From Setoptus koraiensis (Eukaryota; Animalia; Arthropoda): DNA of 64,000 nucleotides. Numbering within the stretch: the stretch's first letter is position 1; each line of letters opens with the position of its first letter. A program made the translations under genes and the position numbers. A model generated the notes under the pieces. That model worked only from the letters and a program-made list of their open reading frames with translations. It did not search any database and was not told where the DNA came from. The stretch is from contig CM106586.1 of the NCBI GenBank assembly GCA_048013815.1, forward strand, positions 18,538,001 to 18,602,000, written 5' to 3'. This document shows positions 1 through 13,248 of the stretch, in pieces.

Positions 1-190
1 TGCTCACCTGTCGATGTTGTTTGTGCTCACCTGTCGACGTTGTTTGTGTTCGCCTGTCGCTGTTTGTGCTCGCCTGTGTCGGTCACTGGCTCGCCCGGCC
101 GGCCGGCGACAAGTGCAATGCGCATGCGATGACACACAATGTCATCAAGCGCATGTGTCATGCAATTAAATGTGTCAACTGGCTGTTGTG

Positions 191-252
191 TGACGCAACA
201 ACCAGCTTGACAGCAATCAGCTGACGCAACAACCAGCTTGACAGCAATCAGC
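191..252. repeat. 31-bp direct tandem duplication
   Basis: TGACGCAACAACCAGCTTGACAGCAATCAGC occurs at 191-221 and again at 222-252. Confidence 0.95.
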
Positions 253-637
253 TGGCGAGAGCGTCTCGAGAATGTCGACTCGAGATGGAGACACAACGGC
301 CAGTGTGTTATGTCATCATAATGTGAGTTGTATGTAGATGAGTGAGGCAACTAATGCGACTCGCAACACGACCAATCAAACGCGGCCAACATCAGCATAA
401 AAACACAACAGCAACAACAACAGCGACTGTAATAACAACAACGACAGCACAACAGCGCCGAGGTGCGACGGTGACGTAATAGTAACGTAACAGGTGAGTT
501 GTCGGCTGTTGCAGTGCGCCGATGCGGAAGTGGCGACAACGCTAATGAATAAAGAGAGCGAGCGAAGAAGCGCCGCCGAGTAGTCAGGCGACTAATCACA
601 TTTGCTCGCATCAGTGGCGACATTGAACCGGCCGAGG

Positions 638-736
638 GTTGTCGATGGTTGCCGATGGTTGCCAATGGTTGCCGATGGTTGCCGATTGTTGCCGATTGTT
701 GGCGATTGTTGGCGATTGTTGGCGATTGTTGGCGAT
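638..736. repeat. 10-bp minisatellite (GCCGATGGTT / GGCGATTGTT variants)
   Basis: About 10 units; the unit sequence changes progressively along the array. Confidence 0.9.
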
Positions 737-2225
737 CAGTGGTTGTCGATGGCCGACAATGGCGCCGCATCGGCTGACAGCCGGCGACACGGCGACAAAA
801 CGCCAGCGTCTGGCCGCCGACTCCAGCCTGGCCAGTCGGCGCTGGCCAGTCGGCGATGGCGAGACTCGGGCCAATGGCGACACTCGAGATAATAACCAGC
901 GAGAGAGATGTCAACAAATGTGGCGGGCGTAAACGGCGATTGTTGGCCGCCACCGATCGAGCCGCTGTCCGGTTTGTCCCTGTCTGTAAGTGTGTGAATT
1001 AATTCCAGCCGACCGTCTGTAATCGCCGGCCAGTGTGGTCAATGGTCAATGGTCAGCAGTCGATCGAGCGAGCGCCGTCCATCGATCGGGCATCGCGGCC
1101 GTGCCTCGATCTAGGCCGGCCGAGAAACTGGAGCGGCTGCTCCGGTCTCGTTGCTGCACTCGAGCGCCGTCCGCACTCGGTCCGCACAAACGGACGCCGG
1201 AACACAATGGAGCGGCGCGGCAATTTCGAGCAGGTAGAGTTCACTTTTAAATTAGTGTCACAAATTTAAAGTGGCACCGGCCGAGAGCGCGCTTGCCGCG
1301 ATGCCCGCTCGGCCGTTCCCGAGCGCCTCCACTTCGCTCCAATGTCGGCTCGAATTCGCTCCAATCTTGCCGCGATCTCGCCCGATCGCGCCTCGAAGCC
1401 GCTCCAATCTCGCTTCGGTCTCGGGTCGAGCCTGCCCCGAGCGCAAGCCAGAGCCCCAGCGCGCCACGCCAGGCCTGCAGCCAGCAAAACGGTATAAATA
1501 AATATATAATGTATAACACGCCGGCGACATATCGACGATTTGCACAAGCTGTGATTGAATCGCCAAGCGCCACCGTCATGCGAACACAATTGTTTCTCGA
1601 GTGGCCACCGTCCGGCCGACCCGAATTGTCTCGCCGGCTCACCGGCCGGCGGACGGTCTCGGCGGCCGGCGGACGGTCTCGGCGGCTCACTGGCTCGGCG
1701 GCCAACCGTGCCCTGTCGTGACGCCACGCAAACGCAAATGAGACGACAATCAGCGACAGCCAATCGGGTCCGGCCGGCAACCTGTCGCCGGCCAACTGTG
1801 TGAGCGGGCCGTCGCCGAGCCGACCGCATCGGCCTAATTAGTACTTGTGCGCGCCACACACCATTCCCAGCGGTCGAGACCACTCTGGCAAGGCGCAAAG
1901 CCGCTCGTCTCGAGTGCTCGAACCGTCTCACAATCGCGGAGCGTCGCGCATTTGAATGAAATTCAAAATTAAATGCCCGCTCGGCTTGGCTTGACATTGC
2001 CGCTAATAGCGCCGCACTTGTTACTAACAAGCTGTCAGTACCTGTCGACAGTAATGAATTAAATCTTGCATAACACTAACTAACCCATTCTTGTGTTCTT
2101 TTTGTCGTTCCAATTATCGCCACCGTCTCATTGCAACCGAAACCAAATATTCAAACGAAATTTATATTTGCTATTATCATCATTATTATTATTACTATTA
2201 TATTCATATAAATGCAGAGCTGCTT

Positions 2226-3212
2226 ATGCAAGAATTTCGCGCCGCCCACTCGAGGATGTTCGGCGGTAACGGCGCGCCCGCCGCCGCACAACAAACAAGC
2301 AACCCTGGCAAGCCGGCCAGCAATTGCATAACTTCCGCACCACTGACCGCTGCGGACGATTGCGGTTCCGTGCCGGCCAACGGCAACCCGGCGGCCCACC
2401 AAGATCACCCGTTTGCATCAGCAGCAGCCGCCGATCAGCAGCGACCAGCCTTTGGCCAGCAAATGGCCCAACTCAAACCCACGGCCACAGGCCCGGCCGG
2501 CATTAGGCCGACCAAGCAAACGGGCAACCCGACAGCCGCCACCGGCAACCCGGCGCCCGCACCCGCCCATCCAACCAACTGTTCGATGCAGCAAACAGCC
2601 GCCAGCAACACATTTGTGTGCGCCTCTACCACGGGCACCATCATCAAGACCATACATACGAGACGGGCGGCCGCGGCGGCAGTGGTCAGCGGCGCGGCCG
2701 GAGCCGCGGGCAGCGGCGGCCCGACGGGCGCAATTGGTGTGGCGACGTCGGCAAGCTCCAATCTCACACCGGCCACGAAACTGGTACACAAGAGTCCGCC
2801 TAGCGGCCCGCTCGCCAACTACCGACAAACCGCAAACAACAACAGCGGCAACAACAACGACCCAGGCAATTCAACAACGACAAATACAACAGCAAACACG
2901 AACGACAACACTCACACTGTCGGTCACAACAACAGCTACAACAACAACAACAGCAGCAGCAACAACAACAACAACAACAAGCAAATATTATCATCGCAAA
3001 CAGTGTGCAAGCTTGCCAAACAAATTAATAGTGATAGCTCTAGTCAGAGGCACAGCTCAGGTGCGGCCATTCAGGTGGTGGCGCCATCTATGGAGAGGCA
3101 AAACGCAAAGGGTGGCCAAACTAATCAAATGGTGATGTCGTCGCCACCATTTAACTGCACAACAACGGCCATCAATTCGCCGGCCACTCTATTCAAGGTG
3201 GCCTCAAATTAG
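2226..3212 (+). CDS. Putative low-complexity (Ala/Gln/Asn/Thr-rich) protein or exon, function unknown
   Basis: 1.1-kb open frame. First ATG is at 2226, just after a candidate acceptor (TGCAG ending 2217). Encodes a poly-Asn tract; no recognisable domain. Could be an exon of a larger gene. Confidence 0.45.
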   Translation: MQEFRAAHSRMFGGNGAPAAAQQTSNPGKPASNCITSAPLTAADDCGSVPANGNPAAHQDHPFASAAAADQQRPAFGQQMAQLKPTATGPAGIRPTKQTGNPTAATGNPAPAPAHPTNCSMQQTAASNTFVCASTTGTIIKTIHTRRAAAAAVVSGAAGAAGSGGPTGAIGVATSASSNLTPATKLVHKSPPSGPLANYRQTANNNSGNNNDPGNSTTTNTTANTNDNTHTVGHNNSYNNNNSSSNNNNNNKQILSSQTVCKLAKQINSDSSSQRHSSGAAIQVVAPSMERQNAKGGQTNQMVMSSPPFNCTTTAINSPATLFKVASN

Positions 3213-3406
3213 TAACTGCGACTGTAATTGATTAATCAATTAATTAGTTAATTGACTGTTTTTCATCCTAATTATTAATTTATGTGTAACCGCGACGATA
3301 AAACGAACAAATCAATAAAGCGATCGATCGATTGATTTGATCCAAGGCAAACATCAGCTCGTATGTCAATTCGAAATCAATTTGCGTTGATTTACTCCGC
3401 TCGGCT

Positions 3407-3407
<1 letters not shown>

Positions 3408-3445
<38 letters not shown>
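3408..3445. repeat. (CT)n microsatellite, about 19 units
   Basis: Read directly from sequence. Confidence 0.95.
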
Positions 3446-3447
<2 letters not shown>

Positions 3448-4327
3448 CCGCGAGCAAAGGTCACACAAATAGTTTATAAACTATTTACATTTACTATTTG
3501 TTTGTGTCGACTGTTTGCAGGCTGGGGCGCCAGTGGCACCACAGTGGCCGACACGCCGAGGGTGCTTGCAAATAACGCCGAGCCTATTAACTGGGCACAA
3601 GATGAATGAGATGACCATCTATCACCGGGCGTCATGAGCAAGTGCAAACAAGTGATCCGTTGAATCAAAGGTCAGGCCAGTGCGCATTTCCGGGGCATGA
3701 ATGACATTAGATCATGATGAGACTCGCATGAATGAACGCAACTAAAATCCATTCATTCATTTGAGCCGCGATATATTCAGCGAGTGCCGCCGAATATATT
3801 AATATTCGGGATAATATTATTAATATATTACGCAATCAGTCAGTTGTTGTGATTTTTTTGTTGCCATTACGACACACACACACAATTGCAATTGCGAATG
3901 CGCACATTTTTCAATTGCAAACTCACTGGCGGACTTGAGATTTTCAATAGTCGACTATCTAGCCAGACATACCTGGCTATTGTGGCCTGTTGGCGTGATG
4001 TCATTTTCAAATATCATCTGGTCACATGATCACGCGCTGGCACGATGATCACGTAACGACGCCACCATGACGTCATCACCGGATACCGGCCATACCGGAT
4101 AGCCATGATGAGCACACTAATTTATTACTATTTACTGCCATTTACTTGATTGCTACATGATTGTGATATCACGCGGAATTATGTTAACTGTCAGCTGGAT
4201 GAACTTCTCAAACGATTTAGCGCCCTGATAATGCCCTCCGTGATACCCTTTGTGAACCCCTTGTGATCCCTTTGTGTAGGCTCGCTGTCCAACATTGTGC
4301 CAGTCGTTGTTTCTGCTGGCAAGACAC

Positions 4328-4372
4328 ATGACACTATCATGAATGACACTATCATGAATGACACTATCATGA
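4328..4372. repeat. 15-bp tandem repeat x3
   Basis: ATGACACTATCATGA three times. Confidence 0.95.
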
Positions 4373-7090
4373 TGATACTGTCGTGATGACACAACCTTGC
4401 AGATGGGCGCCCCGACGAAATCAGATTTTTCACTTGTAACTTGTTATACTTGCATCGCATGCGGCTGGCTCGCCAGAGAATGATGGCGCGCAACCGATGA
4501 GCGAAAACCGATTGTGGGGCGCATCGATGTCATCGGCCGGCAAAACGAAGTGTCGATCCCATTTCAAATGTTGAATTTCTGATCCCACTCCGACAAAACG
4601 CTCACTGTTCAATGGGCAGCATGACAAGAGCAATTATGACTGATACACTGCTGGAAAATTAAAAAGATTAATTAAAAAGTAAGTGCCTGAATATGGATGC
4701 ATCTGACGGTGTGATCGATGGGCAACTAATGAGACTCTGCAATGTTGCTCTGCCTATATATTCACTAGGTGTCGATTTCAATTGATCAGCTGACTGTCAT
4801 GAGCTGCTTGTTTGCGCCTATGTAACTGGTGATACACGAATGTGATGTAATCATTCAATAACGATCCGACGATCAAGCAATCAAGGGCGTCACGCGCTCG
4901 TGACGATCAATTTATATCGACGTTCATTCGCGACGTTGTTGCTGTGTGATAGCCACAAGGTGAGTGAGGCCACATTTATTTAAAATATTTATCTCAAATA
5001 AATTACAAGATTTGTCGTGCGCTCGCGACTGTCACCCAGCCAGCACACACGTCACCTAATGACACGTTACGTCAATGAGTGAGCTTAACCTAGTTTTGGC
5101 CACCAGTGACAATTGGACCAGTGTCAATGGTGCTTGAAGAAAGGGGCCCACTTTTTTGCACTGGCCTCTAGGAGCGCTCTATCGGCGCGCGCTGCGTTTA
5201 TTTAACGTGCAACTTAAATGTGCATGCATTGTCGATGGTCGGGATTGGGGCCGGCCAATGGGGCCAATGGACCAAGGGGGCCAATGTGTCAATATCGAGC
5301 TACAGCGACACTGCAGCAGCAACAGCAGCGCCAATAACAAGCAACGGCCGACAGCAAACAACAAGAGCGGCACAGAGCGGCCAATGATAACAAATAGCCG
5401 CTATTATCCAGTGACCAGATAGCGCCAAATGGCAAATAAATCTAATGGGGCTTGTCCCGGTCATGGCTCGACAACGGGCTAACAGCTAATAGCTTTGCGA
5501 TCGATCCACTAATGGCTCTCAATCAAGCGGGCCGGCTTTCGGGCCGGCAGCGGACGGGCCGAGCGGGCCGCTAAGAGGGCGCGCTGGCGGGTCAGGTTTA
5601 ATTTAGGTGTCACTTTTGGTAATTCATTTTCATTGTTTGATTGTTTAATGAACTGAACGGACGGCTCAGTGGTCTTGAAGGTCTCAATTGATCGCTTGTC
5701 GCTGGTATCGCACGATCGGCGATCACGCGAGCTCGGCGATCACGCGGGCCAGACGATAGCTGGCGATGCGATGATAGAGAAACGAGCGAGCGAGCACAAC
5801 GACATTTCTTTCAAGATTTCATCTCTCGACCGCGCCTCCAGATATTGTGGGCCCTCTCGTGGGGCCAACAAGCAAGCGCCAAATGTCGCCTTGCTCCCGT
5901 TAGAGGGGCCGCTTGCGCTGTCCAGAAGGGGGCCCCTCTTGATTCGATAAGAGCTGGCTAGTGGCCGACAGCAAACAACGACAACAACGACAGAAACAAA
6001 CAAACCTCGCAACTCTGGCGCCGTGTGAAGTGAGGCGAATTGAAGTGTAGCTGTCTGGCCGCTGTCTAATCTGGCTGCTCGGTATGGGCGCGTCTTTATT
6101 GTTTGTCGAGCCGTCTTTGTCTTATCTCGTTATCTTTAAACTTCTGGCTGTTTGCTCTGGCTGTTTTTGCGAGCGCTCGCAACCGTTTGCGCGCCAGCCG
6201 CTCGGCGCCCCCTGGAAATTGTCTTGAAATTGAAAGTAAAAGTAAAACAAGTAAAACAACGAATGCAGACGAGCCAACAACAATTGTAAGATGGGCTCAT
6301 TGTGTCATTATTTCGCATGTATAACAACGCAGCATGTAGACAGCGACGGCCGGCGAGGCTGTGGCAAAACCAATCAGCAACAATGATAATCTAAGCCCAT
6401 CTAGAGCAACACAAACAACGGAGATAACACTTGTAACAAGGGCCAAACAAAGCGAGCACGTGGTCGCCCTCTCAGCGGGCCGCCACGTCTCGCCGTCTCA
6501 CTCAGACGTTTTTCTCATTCTTTATTTTGTTATTATTTTATTTTTATCCCTTGTTTGCCCACTGCGCCCTGGCGGCACGTTGCGCAACGACACGATGCCA
6601 GCTTGCAGCAAGCAAAAGTTGCAGCGAGCCAAAGTGGCAGCAAGCCAAAGTTGCAGATTGCACGCAGATTGCGTAAAATAGTGATGCTGCTAATAAAATA
6701 ACTAATTTATTCGGGCCGCCCGACAGAGGGCGCCCGCCAATGATTGATTGTCGGCTCTGGGCCCGCTCTCCCGCGCTCACCTAGCGATTTGCTTTTGACC
6801 CACAATGGGCCCCAGAACCCATTGTGGGCCGTTTGGCGCAAACCAAAACGCAATGGCATCTTTCTAATGGCGGGCGCTCGTTGTGGCGTCGGCCCGCCAC
6901 TGAACGGTGTAAATGGTGGCGCTAAATTAATTGATTGGATTGCAGTGGAACGGCCGCGATGAAAGAACCATTTTGATCAATCATTATTCATGATGCTCTA
7001 ATGATAACGGTCGCCGATGTGTTGCCATTTATGCGTTGCCGGCCAACTGAATCTTTTCGTGGCCAGAAATCGCTGCCAGACTCTGGCGGT

Positions 7091-7190
7091 CGCTGTTGTT
7101 GCTGTTGTCGTCGCTGTTGTTGTTGTTGTCGGCGTTGTTGTCGTTGTTGTTGTCGTTGTTGTTGTCGTTGTTGTCGGCGTTGTTGTTGCG
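7091..7190. repeat. Compound (GTT/GTC)n trinucleotide repeat
   Basis: Read directly; it generates spurious poly-C/V/Q ORFs in the track. Confidence 0.9.
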
Positions 7191-7907
7191 CCGAGAGAGC
7201 AAAAGTTTTACGAAATTTGCCTGCAAATGGCCCGTGGGCGCCCATTGTGCGCGCACTGTGCGTACTGAAGCAAACGCAAAAGAATCAATCTTCGTCTTGT
7301 CGTCCTTTATTTGGCAACCGCCGGCGCCATGTTGAATTACATAATCATGGCATCGTGCGCGCATTGTGCGCATCATGTGCACGTCATTGTGTGCATTATG
7401 TAACATGTGCACGACGCCCACGTATTTGCGCACGTGTTTGTATAATGCAGCAGCAACACTGATTTCCTGTCTGGAGCGTCGCGCGCCGTTGCCATTGTTG
7501 TGCGCGCTGCACAAACGGCGCCCTCGACACACTCGCTGGGCCGCTCAATACACTCGCTGGGCCCCTCGATGTGGCCCCTCTTTGGGGCCCATATCAGCGT
7601 GTGATTGCAGCCATTGATCCGCTGTCTAGTCGGCTGCTTGGTCGGCTGGCGGGCGTTAATTATCTATGCCATTACCATCCATCTATCACTATTATCTTCA
7701 TCATCTGCGCACTGCGCGCACTACTGTGCACTGTCGGCCTGCGTGTCGGCGTGCGTGTCGGTGTGCGTGTCGGTGTGCGCTCGCTGGTGCGGCCAGATTG
7801 GCCCAGAGATTAGCCATTGATGGCCGCGTGAAGAGTGTCGCCGAAAGAGTTACGCAATAACAGCCGCGTTAAAACTCTGGCATCAATTTGGAGTGAGCCA
7901 GCCGAGG

Positions 7908-10900
7908 CTAGTTGTTATGCAATGTTGTTGTCGCTGTTAATCTGGCATAAAGTGTCACCATTAGGCTTGCTGCCTGCAGCGCGAGCGCCCCAAGCCCAAC
8001 GTTGCAAATCTGCACTCCAGGGGCGCCACTGTTGCCCACCAGCACTGACAATGCGGCGTTTGTTGGTCGGTTGTTTTGTGTCAATGGCGATGATCGGATA
8101 ATCGCAGCGCCACCAAGCAGCAGATACACACAAATAGATACAAGCGGACAGTTAGTGCGAGTTGGCGGGAGTTGGTGGGAGTTGGCGGGAGTTGGCGGGA
8201 GTTGGTGGGAGTTGGCGAAAGTTGGCGAGAGTTGGTTGGTGGCAGTTAGTTGGCGCCAGTGGGCGACAGTTAGCGCCACTGTGACAGCCAGAGTGGCCGC
8301 CAAGACAGGTGGCGCGCCGTCTAGAGAGCGAGCAAAAGTTACAAACAAAAGTCATTAGGCGCTGGTGACAGGTGCCGGCCGACGGCTGGCGGCCGACGCC
8401 AGCAACAATAAATGGCCCGCTGAAAAGTGTCACCCGGGCGCCGCTAAACGGGGGGCGCCAATACCAATACTCACATATGTGGCCCATATTCGATTGTTTT
8501 GCCTGCTGCTGCTGGCGCCGATGGTTGGCAGCGACCAAAACAATATTATTATTGCCGTTATTATTGCTGTTGTTGTTGTTGTTGTGATTGCTGCTGGCTG
8601 ATTTCGTCATTGTTTGCCTGTCACCGGCGCTGTTATGTAATGCGGGCGCGGGCGGGTAAGCGCGCGAAAATTTGGTCGTTGCGGTGGCCGCTGTTATCTT
8701 GGCGCTGGTGGCATCGGCGGCGCTGCCATTTGGCGCCCTCGCCCAACCTGTGTCGTGTTTGAGCTGGGCCCCGTTGCTGGTATCACCGATTGGGGCGCCG
8801 TTATCGCCGTCCAAATCAACGCCGTTATCTTCATCAGCTAAGCGCTGCCTGTGCTCATTAGGGCCCCAATCGGGCTCCAGATAGCGCCCCCTGGTCTCTG
8901 GCGACACAAAGCGGATATGCGCGCCACGTATGAATGAAGGTATTACGTATGGGGTGAGCGAGACAAAAAGAGGCGCCGCGACAGATTAGTGTTTGCCAAT
9001 TATGCCGTTGCTCACACTGGCTACTTTTGTGTATGGGTACGTTTGTCTATGGGTACGTTTGTGTATGGGTACGTTTGTGTATGGGTACGTTTGTGTATGG
9101 GTACGTTTGTGTTTGGGTACGTTTGTCTATGGGTATGTTTGTGGGCAGCGGATCGCCGACGAGACGATGATGTCTCGCTGGATATCCGCACATATGCATT
9201 CATGTGTGGATATGCGATGTATGCGATATATGATACATGTGATATATGGGATATAGGCCTGGGGCCCCACTTACCGTGCAGCCTGATGTGCGCGTCGCGG
9301 TTGGTCAGGTTGTTGGAGGCCAGACATTGATAAGAGCCGTAGTCTTGCTGCTGCACGTTGAATATAATCAATTTACTGGTTGTCATAGATACCTCGTGGT
9401 GATAATGGCGCGTCAATTGTCGGCTAGTCACCGACTTGATGCTGTATTTGGCCAGATTGTCCGCCAGGTTGCCGTTGCCGCTGTCGGCCAGCTCGGCCTG
9501 GTCCTGGCTCCTGATCCACCTGACGTCCAGCACGGGCGGATAGGCCTCGATTTGGCACTCGAGCTCGACCTGTTCGCCGGGCGCGCTCTCCACCGTCTTG
9601 TCGAGCACGTTCACGATGGGCCCGTCTGCGGCGCCAGAGTTGCCATTGATGCCATTTATGCCATTGGTGCCATTGGTGCCATTGGTGCCATTGGTGCCAG
9701 AGATGCGGATAATTGGGGAAAATCGCGACGCGATTGATCGCGCGCGACACGAGCGATGACAAACAACGGTTGCGGTCAGTTGCGGCCCAAGCGAGCCGAT
9801 AATGCGATATACGATGTTGTGATATGTGAATGAATCACATAATGCGATGCGATTGACAGTGGCGTCTACTCACAATTAACTCTCACGGTGATCCGGTGAC
9901 TGACGGCCGGCGGCACCTTGTTGTTGGCTATGCACTGTGCATTGTTGCAATCGGTAGTTTCAGACAGTTATTTATATTTAATATAATCACGTTATTACGT
10001 TATTATCAAACGTAATTAGCAGTGGTCGAGCTTACTCACCAGATAAACGCCCGCCTCAAATCGCGTCACCCTGTCTATGACATAGGTGTCGCCCCTGGTT
10101 AGACTGATCAGCGACTTGGCGCTTCCTGTTTGGCCCGCTCGGTTGTCGCTGTCGTTGTCGTTGTTGGTAAAGTTGTTGTTGTTGTTGTTGGCGCCCGCGT
10201 ACCCAATTGCCGCCGGCCCGTGGCTCTCCTTTCTCCACTCGATCTCTGGCCTGGGGTGCCCCTGAGCGTGACACCTGAGCTCGAGTCGCTGAAACTCGTC
10301 CACTTGCACCAAATTGCCGCTCGTTTGTGCGTCTATAATCGTGGGCGGTATTTGCACGTCGAGGAAGGCCGATTGGTACTTGATGGGCTTGGTGCTCAAT
10401 TGGCACATATAGTGGCCCTTATCGCTCAATTGGACATTGTTTATTATGAGGCGCCAGTTTCTGTTTTGATACATTTTGAGTATTTTGAATTTGTTGTCGG
10501 TGTCGCCAATGATGAGTTTATCGTCCAAGCTCAACAGTGTCGTGTCGTTGCTCAGCGCGTCCCTCTTCAGCCAGGCCACCTAGCGTCCGTGTTGGTCAGC
10601 ATCAGTCGGTATTGGTCAATGTCAGCCGATATCAGTCGATATTGGATGAAAGTGATTAGTGCGAGTGATCGGATGCTGGCCGTTAGCGACCGATTCGCCA
10701 TTGACCGTCCAATGGTGAGTCAATTGTGGCCGACAGGTGATTGCAGTTAGTTACCTTGTAGTTGGCCACGTTGTCGATGGAACAATCGAAAACGGCCTGC
10801 CGCCTGATGGGCACCGTCTGGTTCTCGATCCTATTGCTGAAGCGCGTTTCCAGTTTGGTGCGCGCCGTCGGGCTCGGCGTGTCGCCCGCAATCGTGTCAA

Positions 10901-13083
10901 CGGAGGCCCCTGTAAGCGGAATATTTAACCCGGCGTTAGTATTTGTGATCGAGTTTGTATCGGCCAACCTGACGCTGGCACGCCAGCCGAAGAGCCGGCC
11001 AAAGTTAGCTAAGGTTGGCGCAGAGAGAGCGAGCTAGAATATAAATAAAAAATGGCGACATTTGATTAAATCTCGCAGCCGCTAATCCCCGTGCGCAAGC
11101 TCGCCCCCGCACATCGCTGGCAAGATGCGACTTACATAGACAACATCGATGCAGCGCGACATAGACAGGCTATAGGAAAATTGAAACGGAAATTGAAAGT
11201 GGATGACGGTGCCAGTGTATCGATAAGTCACCAGCGGCTCGTGTTTGCAATGAACGAATGCACCGAATGCAATGAATCATGCGCCACCTGATCGGAACAC
11301 ACACACACACTTGTCAGATTGTTATCATTGTGACGCAATAATATGTAAATGGACAGCGACAATAGAGGTCAACAATGTTGCCGCTCGAATTTGATTAACC
11401 GCGGCACCTTGAGGCGAGTCACTCAAACTGATCATTACTATTATATTGGCTTGTCACTGTTGTCGTTGTCGGCTGTTGGCGGTTGTTGTCGGTCGTTGTC
11501 GGTCGTTGGCGGCCGTTGGCGTGGTTACTGTTGTTGAGTTGCGACAGAGCGGACAACAACCGTGCGCCGCGAAAAACAAACCTAAACAAACCTTGGCGCT
11601 GCCAGTGGCGGCCATCGCGACGGAAATACGATTGTATCAGGCCACTGGCAACAACAGATTGAGATGGCGCCATAATTGAGTGATACGTGCTCAGAATACA
11701 GGGCCCCCAAATAGTCGCCCGTCAGCGATGACGCTCAAGCTCAAGTGTTTCTCTAATAATCGCTGCGAGTGCAGCGATCGCCTGGCGGCCAAATCTCAAA
11801 CAAACGGCCCCCTATAACATGCAAACATCGAGAGTACATCGACGGAAACAGTGTCTTGCTGCGCCGTCCGCAGCACGCCGCCTCCGTCGCTATTCACAGG
11901 GCAAGTGGCCAGTATTCGCAAGCCAAGTGGCCAGTATTCACAGACTATTCACGCGCACTATTTGCCACATCGGGCGCGGGCTTGCCAAAACCGGCCCGGT
12001 GCCGCCAGACGGAGGCAACAAGATCATTAGTGGTGGCGGCGTGCATACGCAACAACACCGACATGAGCAACACCATTAAGCGTGTGTGTGTGTGTCCCAT
12101 TGACATCATTTGATAACGGTGCGAATTGTTTGATTGCGTCATTCAGGTATATGCCAGCTCTCACAAGAACTGAATTGAGGCTTGTCATTTTGTGGCATGG
12201 CCGCCATGGTTGCGTAACAGTTGCCATTGTGCAACATGACATGACACGGTAATGGGTGTTTGTGTTGGCGACAAACAGCAAACAACAAACAACAAACAAC
12301 AAACGTCGCGAGATTGGAGGCGACATTTTTTGAGATTGAAAACACAAAAGATTGAATTGATTTGCGTTGTTGTCACAAGTTGTCTCTTGGGCACGCGTCC
12401 GTTATTTTCGCGACTCTCAGCTAACAAATTCACAAATATAACGGATGCGTCTCGCAGGGGCCGCTGTTTGCATTGGCCGGGCGTTTATTTTCGTTCGTCT
12501 GGTTGGCAAAGCGACTGCTAATGATTGTCGCGCAACGACCGATAACCGAGCTCCAGTTGGTCGACAGTCGGCCGACCACTTGTCGGCCGGCCAATTGAAC
12601 GGGATTGAATCGGACGCACCGGCACGCCGAGCCAAGTGTCCAGAGGAGTGCAAGTGAATTTTAGAATGATGATAAATTGTGCAAACTGGTGACATTCCAT
12701 TAGAGTTGGCGTCGCCGTCGAGATGGCCCAGCGATAGTGGCGACGACACTGCAAATGGCGCGCACTCATTGAATATATTCGTCGTCGTAATATATATTGG
12801 TCATGTTTGGCGATGTCGTAACAGTGTGACAACGGTCGCAATAATCGCGCAATATCAATGGAGAAATATCACTGGAGAAATATCACTGAAATCACTGAAA
12901 CCAATGGCCGGCCGGGCTAATGATGCGCCGACCCAAGCGCCATCGATGACTAATGGACTCACCTGTGCTGGCTGGCTCAATTGTTGCTGTCAGGCATAGA
13001 CAAATGAAAATAAACGACCACAATTTAATGATGACGCACACAACTAATGATAATGATGATGCAACTTGAAATTGCTGCTGCAT
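7908..13083 (-). CDS. Three-Ig-domain cell adhesion protein, DIP/Lachesin (IgLON-like) family, about 687 aa, 7 exons
   Basis: complement(join(7908..8320,8475..8897,9275..9625,9874..9934,10040..10579,10755..10909,12963..13083)). All introns are GT-AG and phase-consistent (2064 nt). Exon 1 encodes a signal peptide (MQQQFQVASSLSLVVCVIIKLWSFIFICLCLTA). Ig motifs: FDCSIDNVANYK|VAW, WRLIINNVQLSDKGHYMCQ, LRCHAQGHPRPEIEW, GVYL|CIANNKVPPAVSHRITVRVNY, LECQIEAYP, DYGSYQCLASN. The last two exons are less certain. Confidence 0.85.
8157..8235. repeat. 10-bp minisatellite (GGCGGGAGTT variants)
   Basis: Read directly; lies inside the predicted last exon of the Ig gene. Confidence 0.85.
9031..9142. repeat. 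16-bp minisatellite x7 (GTATGGGTACGTTTGT), intronic
   Basis: Units start at 9031, 9047, 9063, 9079, 9095, 9111 and 9127. Confidence 0.92.
11465..11522. repeat. 10-bp degenerate minisatellite (GTTGTCGGTC / GTTGGCGGCC)
   Basis: Read directly; in intron 1 of the Ig gene. Confidence 0.75.
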
Positions 13084-13170
13084 CTTTTGCCTAAATCTGT
13101 TTGCCGATTTGGTATTGCGATTATGAGTGGTGCAACTCTGAATGCGCTATTATCGACTATTATGCACCGA

Positions 13171-13248
13171 CTGAATTATGCGCACTGAATTAGGCGAACT
13201 GAATTATCCGGACTGAATTATCCGGACTGAATCATCCGGACTGAATTA
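13171..13248. repeat. 14-bp tandem repeat x6 (CTGAATTATCCGGA variants)
   Basis: CTGAAT(T/C)A recurs every 14 bp, about 90-165 bp upstream of the Ig gene ATG. Confidence 0.85.

Noticed and set aside
21-2030. Many overlapping 60-250 aa ORFs on both strands
   Set aside because: They arise from GC-rich, repeat-rich sequence, have Arg/Ala/Pro-biased translations, show no domains and mostly use non-ATG starts
5156-7860. ORFs with poly-C, poly-V, poly-Q or poly-N runs
   Set aside because: These are translations of (GTT/GTC)n and 12-mer repeats, with no coding support
8152-8474. Unspliced C terminus of ORF 8152..8907 as the end of the Ig protein
   Set aside because: A GTGAGT donor at 8474 and a strong polypyrimidine acceptor at 8321 give a phase-compatible exon with a hydrophobic anchor; the read-through ends in repeat-derived sequence. 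It is not fully excluded
10910-10967. Start of ORF 10683..10967 as coding
   Set aside because: Only the acceptor at 10910 (CTTACAG) matches the phase-1 donor of the signal-peptide exon
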